Shown here: in pieces, positions 33,972 to 42,350 of the stretch | How the letters are laid out: each line of letters starts with the position of its first letter | How positions within the stretch are numbered: position 1 is the stretch's first letter | From: an uncultured Alphaproteobacteria bacterium | Lineage (GTDB): Bacteria; Pseudomonadota; Alphaproteobacteria; HIMB59; GCA-002718135 | Direction: 5' to 3' | DNA: 64,000 nucleotides | Assembly: GCA_902571865.1 (NCBI GenBank) | Contig: CACGDO010000006.1 | Span: 13,069 to 77,068 of the forward strand | Notes under the pieces: generated by a model | Told to the model about the DNA's origin: nothing | Seen by the model: the letters and a program-made list of their open reading frames with translations, nothing else | Databases searched by the model: none | Position numbers and translations under genes: made by a program

Positions 33972-34996
33972 TATGCTGCGCCTCCCGCCATATCTCTAAT
34001 TCTAGGATCTAAGAGTGCTAAAAAACAATCTGCAACAAAATTACCAATTACTAATACTAGTGATAAAATCATGAAGATTGAGGAGGCAACATATATATCC
34101 ATTGAAGATACAGAACTGAGCACTAATGGACCTACTGTTGGTATTGCTAAAACAATAGCAACTTCTATTTCACCCTCTATAAGGTAGGATACACTTCTAC
34201 CTTGGTTCATAATGATTGGATGCAATGCATTTGGAACACCATGCTTCCAAACTATTTTACTTTCCTTTAATCCTTTTGCTCTAGCTGTTTCAATAAATTG
34301 CATTTTTAAAACATCTAATAAATTTCCCCTCATCATCCTCATTTGATAGCCAGCCCCAACAAAACTTCCAACCGCAATAATTGGCCAAGTATGTAGGAAA
34401 AAATCCCAAGTTTTAGCTAAACTCCACCAACCTTCTTGCAATACGTATTCCTGTGAAAATAACGATCCGTAATAGGGAGAATGAAACTTAATTGCCCAAA
34501 AATATAAAATGAAAATTGCTATTATAAACTTAGGAATGGAGAAAGCTAAGAATGTTAAGACCGTGGCTATCTGATCTCCAATTTGATATTGATGAGTAGC
34601 GGCATATACGCCCGCAAGAATACCAATCGTTACTGCATTAAAATAACAAATAAATGCCAGTAGTAATGTCCGCGGAATCCTATCTCCAACAACATCATTT
34701 ACTGGTCTTTTTTGAACAAATGAATCTCCTAAATCCCAATATAAAGTTACATCTTTAACCCAAGTTAAATATTGTATGTATACAGGTTTATCTAAACCAA
34801 GTTTTTTTCTTAAATCTTGAGCTTGAATTTCTGCTTCATCTTCACTTATTCCGCCAAGCATCATTGTTTGTCTTTTCCATTGATCTGCGTAATCTCCAGG
34901 CATTGCTTGAACAAGAATGAATGCTACAAGAGTAATTGCTATTAGCAGAGGAATAGTTGCTATTAGCCTTTTTAAAAAGAAAATTAGAAAACCCAT
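33971..34996 (-). CDS. ABC permease (DppB/OppB-like)
   Basis: N-terminal FLIFFLKRLIATIPLL and a C-terminal LLDPRIR motif typical of DppB/OppB. Confidence 0.85.
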   Translation of the reverse strand: MGFLIFFLKRLIATIPLLIAITLVAFILVQAMPGDYADQWKRQTMMLGGISEDEAEIQAQDLRKKLGLDKPVYIQYLTWVKDVTLYWDLGDSFVQKRPVNDVVGDRIPRTLLLAFICYFNAVTIGILAGVYAATHQYQIGDQIATVLTFLAFSIPKFIIAIFILYFWAIKFHSPYYGSLFSQEYVLQEGWWSLAKTWDFFLHTWPIIAVGSFVGAGYQMRMMRGNLLDVLKMQFIETARAKGLKESKIVWKHGVPNALHPIIMNQGRSVSYLIEGEIEVAIVLAIPTVGPLVLSSVSSMDIYVASSIFMILSLVLVIGNFVADCFLALLDPRIRDMAGGAA

Positions 34997-35016
34997 ATTT
35001 GAAATTTAAGTTAATT

Positions 35017-35040
35017 CTATGGCCCTTTTACGGGCCATAG
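35017..35040 (-). terminator. intra-operon GC-rich stem-loop after the SBP gene
   Basis: CTATGGCCC-ttttac-GGGCCATAG (9-bp stem). No U-tract follows. Confidence 0.45.
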
Positions 35041-35053
35041 AAAATATATATTA

Positions 35054-37078
35054 TTAATACTCTGCTAATACACCAGGTAAGAACTCATCAAGTTGATCAG
35101 CTTTTGGAGTATAAAGTCTAGACCTCATAACTCCATCTTCTGCCCACTCATACATATACACAGGTGCACCAGGATGATTATTTTTTATCCTTTTATTGAT
35201 TAAAAGTGCAGCTGGAGCTTGAATTAAGCCCACGGTATATACATTTTCAGTTCTAACTCTCTGGATATCTCTAGCAAGACTTGCAACTTCTGAAAGATCA
35301 TTAGTTGATAATATGCCTTGAGCCTTATCAACCAGTGTTTCTTCAAATGCAAGTAGATCGCCTTCATTGTCTCTATGCCATGCTGGATTTTGAGATGTTG
35401 TTGGCAATCTATCACCAATATTCTTCGTCGCAACAACCCAGTGCTCTCTTGCAATATACATGCTCCAATTTCCACTATCAGTGAATGCATCAGTATTATC
35501 AGAAGGTTTTAAAACTGGTTTAATACCAATTGCTTCAAACATACTTACAGAAGCATCAGCTAATTTATTATCAGTAGATCTTAAACTATTATAAAGAACA
35601 TCAATAACAAGGTCATCTCCTCCATTAGGAAGATTTCTTATACCATTGCCGTCTGAGTCTTCTAAACCAAGACCATCCAAAATTGAATTAGCTCCAGATA
35701 CATTATATGCATAGTAAATTGAGTCATCAAAATTATGAAAAGGAGAACCTGCTACAAAACCACCAGCATGTGGATGAAAAAAAGGTCCTCTAGCAACTGA
35801 TTGACCCATAGTGTCTCTATCCATTGCATGTGACATTGCTTTTCTAAATTCCACATTTCTAAATAATTTTCTAAGCTCTCTTTCATAATCACTGCTTACA
35901 CCAAATTCTGAAGATAGATTCAGCATTAAGTCCCAAGCAATCAACCTTGTACCAAATACTGATTTAACTGGAGAATTAGGATCTTTGTTTTGTTTTAATG
36001 CTTCAACATAGTTTCCTGGATTTTCCATATTGGAAAAATCTCCAGTACCAGCTAAGGCCTGAGTAGTTCTATCATCCCAAGATGTTAACTTGTAGATAGT
36101 TTCATTATAGTAAGGAAGTTGATTACATTCTTCATCTACTTTCCAGTAATACGGGTTACGCTTCATAACCATTAACTCATCTACTTTATGAACTACTGGA
36201 ACAAAAGCTCCCATTGTAACAATAGGTAAAACACTTGCTGGCATTCCATTAGCGTATGACTCGTAAGTTGCATCACTATTATGCGCAGGGTGTAATGGTT
36301 TCATTACATGAGATGGTCCAGGAGCGCCTCCCATATATGCAAGCTGTGCTAATACAGCATTACCTTTTGGTTCATCAAAATTAAATTTGAATGAATATGG
36401 TCCAAGTATTTCGAGAGTTGTTCCTGCTCCTAATGCATCTTTAGGTAATCTAGAATTTACATTGGCGTCTTGAACATTATCGTTCCACCAAAAATCTATG
36501 TCTTCAGTGTCAAATATATCTCCATCTGACCATCTAGCTCCCTCTAAAAGATACATCGTTAGTGATTTTCTATCAGAACTGAATTCCCAATCTTTTGCCA
36601 AGTTTGGAAGTGGATTAGCTTCTTCTGCTTTAACTTGCCATAGAGGTCCAAGTCTAGTCAATGATTCCATTAGTTGAATATTAATTCCACCCCATCCTTG
36701 ACTTTGTCCAGCTAACCAGTTGAAACCTTCTGGTCTTCCACCAATAACATGTCGAAATGTTCCACCATACTCACCAATACCATCAACCATTTGATCTTTT
36801 TTTGCCATCCATGGTTCTTTAGGCATTCTTTCGTTTACAGGTGGTAACTTTCCAGCATCAACATAAGATTTTGTTAGAGGTGATTCATTATAACTATCAC
36901 AACTTTGATAAGTCCATAAATCATCTCTTCCCACAAGTTCAATATCCATACCGGACATACTCTTGTCTTTAGGCAAAGTTTCTAAACCACTTACAGTTGA
37001 AGTCATAGCAAAAATACTAACTCCAACAAGTAAGCTTGCTGCCTTGCTTTTAAATTTGAATTTATTTTCAATACCCAT
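35054..37078 (-). CDS. ABC transporter substrate-binding protein, family 5 (large, 674 aa)
   Basis: Signal peptide and a size typical of large cluster-C/family-5 SBPs. Heads a DppBC plus fused-ATPase operon. Has the AAGGGAGGAAA Shine-Dalgarno. Confidence 0.75.
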   Translation of the reverse strand: MGIENKFKFKSKAASLLVGVSIFAMTSTVSGLETLPKDKSMSGMDIELVGRDDLWTYQSCDSYNESPLTKSYVDAGKLPPVNERMPKEPWMAKKDQMVDGIGEYGGTFRHVIGGRPEGFNWLAGQSQGWGGINIQLMESLTRLGPLWQVKAEEANPLPNLAKDWEFSSDRKSLTMYLLEGARWSDGDIFDTEDIDFWWNDNVQDANVNSRLPKDALGAGTTLEILGPYSFKFNFDEPKGNAVLAQLAYMGGAPGPSHVMKPLHPAHNSDATYESYANGMPASVLPIVTMGAFVPVVHKVDELMVMKRNPYYWKVDEECNQLPYYNETIYKLTSWDDRTTQALAGTGDFSNMENPGNYVEALKQNKDPNSPVKSVFGTRLIAWDLMLNLSSEFGVSSDYERELRKLFRNVEFRKAMSHAMDRDTMGQSVARGPFFHPHAGGFVAGSPFHNFDDSIYYAYNVSGANSILDGLGLEDSDGNGIRNLPNGGDDLVIDVLYNSLRSTDNKLADASVSMFEAIGIKPVLKPSDNTDAFTDSGNWSMYIAREHWVVATKNIGDRLPTTSQNPAWHRDNEGDLLAFEETLVDKAQGILSTNDLSEVASLARDIQRVRTENVYTVGLIQAPAALLINKRIKNNHPGAPVYMYEWAEDGVMRSRLYTPKADQLDEFLPGVLAEY

Positions 37079-37166
37079 CTTTCCTCCCTTAGAAAAAATA
37101 TTTACATAAATAGAGTATTTTTTTTCTACAAAATCAATATCAAAAATAAATTATTTTTTAATAATT

Positions 37167-38696
37167 TTATGAGTTTGTAGAAATATTGATAAATTGGTTG
37201 TGAGTAAGAGATTCCTTAATAATTTGATTAAATTTTTGAGAAAAATCATTATAATATTGTCTAGAACTAGACCTTAAATCATACTTTTGCATTTGTTGTC
37301 TTGCAGATTCCTTATTTAATAGCCCAAGACCGTCTACAACTGGGTAATAAAGCTGTGATTGTACATGAGGTAGGCCAGATAAGTAATCATCAAAGTGATC
37401 CAAACTTGGAAGTTCATCTTGCCAAAGTGATATAAGTTTTTTTGTTTCTTCACTAATACATTCATCAGCAACATATTCCCAAAATTGTGAATCTCTTCTC
37501 TTAGAAACATAATGCATATTCAAGAAAGTTTTAAAATCATCAAACTGTCGACCAATACGATTATTAAAATCTGATATTTTATTATCATCATTGAAATCCA
37601 TTTCTTTTTTTAAATATTCAGAAGCAAATAAAATTAATTGTACCAAAGTACTATGAATGGAAGTGGCCTCCAATGGTTCAAGAAAACCTGATGATAAACC
37701 TATTGCCAAACAATTTTTTACCCAATACTTTTCAAGTCGACCACTATTAAATTTTATATCTCTTCTTGGTTCAATTTTATGTCCAAAAACTTTTTCTATT
37801 TCTTCTTGTGCTTGATCAGGTGAAATAAATTGATCACTATATACATAGCCAGCACCTATTCTTTCTTGAGTTGGTATTTGCCACATCCACCCAAATTTTT
37901 GTGCCCAAGCTAAAGTATAATTAATATAATTTTCTTCATTAATATCTAGAAAGAAAGGCATTGCTCTATTAACAGGTAAATTGTCTTGATAGGATTTCCA
38001 TTTTGTTTTGTACTGATCTCCAATAATTAATTTCCTAAATCCACTACAATCAACAACGAGATCAATATCTAATTCTAACCCACTCTCAAAATGTAAAGAT
38101 TCTATTGTTCCATCATCATTAACTTTACAAGATGTATAAACATCATCGATTATTTCTATATTCTGAGATCTTTTCTTTAAATAACTAGCTACTAGTGAAT
38201 TATCAAAATGATACGCATAATAAAATGGACTAATAAGTTCTAAATTATTATCTTTATAAACATAGGGAACTTTTTTATTTTGCATAAGTAACGTATGTAG
38301 GTGAATTTCTGAAACAGGTCTCCCAGCAGCGACGGCATAAGCTTTTAAGTATTCAAAATTTTCTGGCTTACTTTTTGGTGCTATTAATTGAGGGTCATCA
38401 ATTGGTCCATAATAAGTATACCCCAATTCTTTCCAGTCTTTATGAACGATACCAAACTTTAAAGTAGCTTTAGTTTCTTTTAAAAAATCTGTCTCATCTA
38501 AATTATATTTTTTTAAAAACTCATAAAAAATACTTGTTGTTCCTTCTCCAACACCAATTGTTGGAATTTTTGATGATTCAATTACTTTTACATTTGCATT
38601 TAATTTATTAGAGTAAAAAAAATCACTCATAATATAAGCAGCTAACCATCCAGCAGTTCCACCACCTAAAATAACAACATTTTTAATTTCTTTCAT
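37167..38696 (-). CDS. flavin-dependent (tryptophan-type) halogenase family protein
   Basis: GGGTAGW dinucleotide fold, IGVGEGT, WxWxIP motif (GWMWQIP), and a GLSSGFLEPLEATSIH block closely resembling PrnA/RebH-family proteins. Confidence 0.75.
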   Translation of the reverse strand: MKEIKNVVILGGGTAGWLAAYIMSDFFYSNKLNANVKVIESSKIPTIGVGEGTTSIFYEFLKKYNLDETDFLKETKATLKFGIVHKDWKELGYTYYGPIDDPQLIAPKSKPENFEYLKAYAVAAGRPVSEIHLHTLLMQNKKVPYVYKDNNLELISPFYYAYHFDNSLVASYLKKRSQNIEIIDDVYTSCKVNDDGTIESLHFESGLELDIDLVVDCSGFRKLIIGDQYKTKWKSYQDNLPVNRAMPFFLDINEENYINYTLAWAQKFGWMWQIPTQERIGAGYVYSDQFISPDQAQEEIEKVFGHKIEPRRDIKFNSGRLEKYWVKNCLAIGLSSGFLEPLEATSIHSTLVQLILFASEYLKKEMDFNDDNKISDFNNRIGRQFDDFKTFLNMHYVSKRRDSQFWEYVADECISEETKKLISLWQDELPSLDHFDDYLSGLPHVQSQLYYPVVDGLGLLNKESARQQMQKYDLRSSSRQYYNDFSQKFNQIIKESLTHNQFINISTNS

Positions 38697-38699
38697 AAG

Positions 38700-40184
38700 T
38701 TATTTATCAAATTCAAAAGCTTGTGCTTCTACAAGCAGAGATGATTCTTTGTCGTTTTTTAGTTCTTCAGGTGATCTTGTTTTCATTCGAGCAGCGCCTT
38801 TAAAATTTTTCTTTTTAACAGTTGATTTTTTTATTCTTTCTAATGCTTGATCCATTTCATTTTGGTATTGTGGTAACCACTTAGATTGAGCTACTAACAT
38901 TTCATCTACCATTGCCCAAACTTCATCAGGTGAACAAACTGCACTTACTAATGGATCTTGTAGAACAGCTAATTTTAAAAGATTAATATCTCCATCAATT
39001 GCTGCTTTAACAGCCATTCTTTGCACATCAATTGAAGTTCGGCATAATGAGGCACAAGCCATTGGTAATTCTATACCCTTAATCATTTTAATACCGTCCT
39101 TATCAACTATGCCAGTACTTTCAATTACACAATCATCTGGTAAATTTTTTATAGTACCATTGTTTACAACATTAAAATGACCTCTATAAGGTCTGTTAGT
39201 TTCTATAGCTTCAATTATATAACTTCCATGCTCAGTTGATCTTTTGTGAGTTGATATATCAATTCCAGATTCATTTAAAAATTTTGAAAAATCTTCTACA
39301 AACCAATTTCTTTTTTCTGAAGTAACTCTTAAATATCCACCTGTTTCACCATGTATCCAATTTGATAGATCAATCCAATTTGGTATTTCTTCTACCCTCT
39401 TTCTATACCATGGAAGATATTCACTTAAATGACCATTACTTTCAGTTGAGAATAAGCCAAATCTCTTTAGAATATCAATTCTAACTTTTTCTTGTTTTGA
39501 TATTTCAGGATGATTTTCTAAAGCTTCGACAAGCACATCTTTTGAGACCTTTTCGCCTTTAAATTTTAAATCAATGTACCATGTCATATGATTAATTCCA
39601 CTGCACATATACTCAAGATCAGTATCGTTTTCAGAACCTAAAGCCTTAGAAATTAATTTGGCACCACCTTGAACACCGTGGCACAAACCGACCGTATTTA
39701 CTTTTGCTTCAGATATAGCTGCCCATGTGTTCATAGCCATAGGATTAGAATAATTTAAAAATAATGCATCTTTATGAGAAAAAGATTTTATATCATCACA
39801 AAATTTTAAAGTTTGAGGAATATTTCTTTGTCCATATAAAATTCCTCCAGCACAAATTGTATCTCCTACACATTGATCTACTCCATATTGAAGGGGGATA
39901 TTAATATCATGTTCAAATGCTTCTAACCCACCTATTCTAGTACAATTAATAATATATTTTGCCCCATCTAGTGATTTTTTTCTATCAGTTGATTGTTCTA
40001 TCTTTGCTGGGAGCTTATTTTGATCAATATCTTTTTGAATTAAACGAGAAACTAATTCTAAATTTTTTTTTGAAATATCATGAAATGAAAAAGTGATATC
40101 TTGAAATTCAGGAACTTTTAGCAAATCTCTTACTAAGGTTTGTGTAAACCCTATACTGCCTGCACCAATAAAACTAATTTTCAT
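38700..40184 (-). CDS. glycoside hydrolase family 4 (NAD+/Mn2+-dependent alpha-glucosidase/galactosidase-like)
   Basis: KISFIGAGSIGF Rossmann motif, LNYSNPMAMNTW, GLCHGVQG and GINHMTWY motifs. Has an extra C-terminal tail of about 50 aa. Confidence 0.8.
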   Translation of the reverse strand: MKISFIGAGSIGFTQTLVRDLLKVPEFQDITFSFHDISKKNLELVSRLIQKDIDQNKLPAKIEQSTDRKKSLDGAKYIINCTRIGGLEAFEHDINIPLQYGVDQCVGDTICAGGILYGQRNIPQTLKFCDDIKSFSHKDALFLNYSNPMAMNTWAAISEAKVNTVGLCHGVQGGAKLISKALGSENDTDLEYMCSGINHMTWYIDLKFKGEKVSKDVLVEALENHPEISKQEKVRIDILKRFGLFSTESNGHLSEYLPWYRKRVEEIPNWIDLSNWIHGETGGYLRVTSEKRNWFVEDFSKFLNESGIDISTHKRSTEHGSYIIEAIETNRPYRGHFNVVNNGTIKNLPDDCVIESTGIVDKDGIKMIKGIELPMACASLCRTSIDVQRMAVKAAIDGDINLLKLAVLQDPLVSAVCSPDEVWAMVDEMLVAQSKWLPQYQNEMDQALERIKKSTVKKKNFKGAARMKTRSPEELKNDKESSLLVEAQAFEFDK

Positions 40185-40255
40185 ATTTTTATTTTTACAC
40201 TGAGTAAATTAATTGACAATGTTTTATTTTTATACATCATTAAAAAATATTAAAG

Positions 40256-40996
40256 ATGACTGAATTACAGAATTTTATAAAAAATGGATTTGTTCTAAAG
40301 AAAAGTCTTTTTTCTAAAGAGGAGATTGATAAGTTAAATCAATACATCTCTATTCGACAAGACAAAGAGCAAAGTGCTAGAGAAACAACAACTTCAACTG
40401 GGAAATTAACAATGACGATGTGGAATCATCCTTCAGAAGATTTATTTGGAAAATTCTCTACTAATGAAAGAATAGTCAAACCAATGGAAATTTTCTTAAA
40501 TGATGAAGTTTATCATTATCATTCCAAAATTATTTGGAAAAATCCAGGTGATGGTGGATTTGATTGGCATCAAGATTATGGTTATTGGTATCACAACGCC
40601 TGTCTTTATCCAGATATGGCATCATGTTTTATAATGCTAGATAAAGCAAATAAAGAAAATGGCTGTCTCAAAGTATTGAGAGGCTCTCATCGTGTTGGAA
40701 GAATTAGCCATGAACGATCAGACACACCTGAACAAACAGCAGATAATGAAAGAATAAGAGAATTAGAAAAAAGACATGAGTCTGTTTATATTGAAGCAGA
40801 ACCAGGAGATGCATTATTCTTTCATTCAAATCTATTGCACTCTTCTGATGCAAATAAATCAAAAAATTCTAGAAGAACATTAATAGTGTGCTTTAATACT
40901 AAATCCAATAATCCTTATAAAGAAATTGGACATGCTTCTTATAACCAGTTAAAAGTAGCAAATCATAATTCAATTATGGAGTATAAAATTGACTAA
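40256..40996 (+). CDS. phytanoyl-CoA dioxygenase (PhyH) family Fe(II)/2OG oxygenase
   Basis: Canonical WHQDYGYW (HxD), distal FFHSNLLHSS and an RR motif, 246 aa. Confidence 0.8.
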   Translation: MTELQNFIKNGFVLKKSLFSKEEIDKLNQYISIRQDKEQSARETTTSTGKLTMTMWNHPSEDLFGKFSTNERIVKPMEIFLNDEVYHYHSKIIWKNPGDGGFDWHQDYGYWYHNACLYPDMASCFIMLDKANKENGCLKVLRGSHRVGRISHERSDTPEQTADNERIRELEKRHESVYIEAEPGDALFFHSNLLHSSDANKSKNSRRTLIVCFNTKSNNPYKEIGHASYNQLKVANHNSIMEYKID

Positions 40997-42350
40997 ACTC
41001 ACAATCATTGGTGCTGGTAGCGCAGTATTTACCAAAAATATTTTTACAGATTTAATGTTTATTGATGATTTTAAAAAAATGGACATTGCGCTGGTAGACA
41101 TCGATGAGAAAAGATTAAAAATTTCTCATGAGTTACTAGATGTAATTGCAAAAAAGTTGGATGCTTCTCCTAATATAAAATCATATACAAATAGAAAAGA
41201 AGCTTTAGCAGGTTCTGATTTTGTACAATCAACTATCCAAGTGGGAGGATATAAACCATCAACAGTAATAGATTTTGATATTCCAAATCAATTTGGGTTA
41301 AAACAAACAATTGCTGATACCCTAGGCATTGGAGGAATTATGCGAGGTCTCAGAACAATTCCTGTTTTAGTGGATATTGGTAAAGATATAATGGATCTCT
41401 GTCCAAATTCATTATGGTTGCAATATGTAAATCCAATGTGTTCAAATATGATAGCGATAAATAACGCATGTCCTGGAATTAATTCTATAGGACTATGTCA
41501 TTCAGTGCAAGGAACTGCAGAAATGCTTGCTAGAGATTTAAATGAAAAAATTGAAGATATTGATTATCTATGTGCTGGGATTAATCATATGGCTTTCTAT
41601 AAAAAGTTTTCAAAAAAAAATGGTAATGGGGGAGAGGATCTTTATCCAAGATTGAAAAAGTTAGCTGATGATATTGTTAGAGATAAAATAACATCTACTA
41701 GAAGTATAGGTAGGGATAGTGAATCAGATAAAGTTCTACATGAAAAAGTAAGATATGAAATTTTAAGACGATTTGGTTATTTTGTTACAGAGTCTAGTGA
41801 ACATTTTGCTGAGTATGTTCCATGGTTTATTAAACAAAACAGACAAGATTTAATTGATCAATATAAAATTCCAATTGAAGAGTATATTGATAGGTGTGAA
41901 AATAATATCAAGTTATGGGACGATTTAGAAAAAGATATGACACCCATACATAATCAACCTCTAAAAAGAGGAAAGGAATATGCATCATACATTATGGACG
42001 CTGTAACAAATAATAATGAAGTAACGATTAACGGTAATGTAATGAATGATGGATATATAGATAATTTACCATCAAATTGTTGTGTTGAAGTTCCCTGTTT
42101 AATTAATTCAAATGGTAATGAACCTCAAAAGACCGGTCGCCTACCTGAACATTTAGCAGCATTAATGAGAACAAATATAAATGTTCAAATATTGACTGCA
42201 GAAGCGGCATTAACAAATAAAAAAGAGCATATCTATCATGCTGCAATGCTTGATCCCCTTACTGGAGCTAATTTATCAATTGATGAAATATATGCAATGG
42301 TTGATAAGTTAATTGCAGCACACGGGAAATATTTACCAAAATATCATTAA
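40989..42350 (+). CDS. glycoside hydrolase family 4 (MelA-like)
   Basis: TTG start. LTIIGAGSAVFTKN, YVNPMCSNM, GLCHSVQG and GINHMAFY motifs. 8-nt overlap with the PhyH gene. Confidence 0.8.
   Translation: MTKLTIIGAGSAVFTKNIFTDLMFIDDFKKMDIALVDIDEKRLKISHELLDVIAKKLDASPNIKSYTNRKEALAGSDFVQSTIQVGGYKPSTVIDFDIPNQFGLKQTIADTLGIGGIMRGLRTIPVLVDIGKDIMDLCPNSLWLQYVNPMCSNMIAINNACPGINSIGLCHSVQGTAEMLARDLNEKIEDIDYLCAGINHMAFYKKFSKKNGNGGEDLYPRLKKLADDIVRDKITSTRSIGRDSESDKVLHEKVRYEILRRFGYFVTESSEHFAEYVPWFIKQNRQDLIDQYKIPIEEYIDRCENNIKLWDDLEKDMTPIHNQPLKRGKEYASYIMDAVTNNNEVTINGNVMNDGYIDNLPSNCCVEVPCLINSNGNEPQKTGRLPEHLAALMRTNINVQILTAEAALTNKKEHIYHAAMLDPLTGANLSIDEIYAMVDKLIAAHGKYLPKYH

Noticed and set aside
40185-40255. A possible shared operator in the divergent GH4/PhyH promoter region (it contains TTGACA).
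   Set aside because: I could find no palindrome or direct repeat beyond the single -35-like hexamer. No regulator gene is present in the locus to pair it with.
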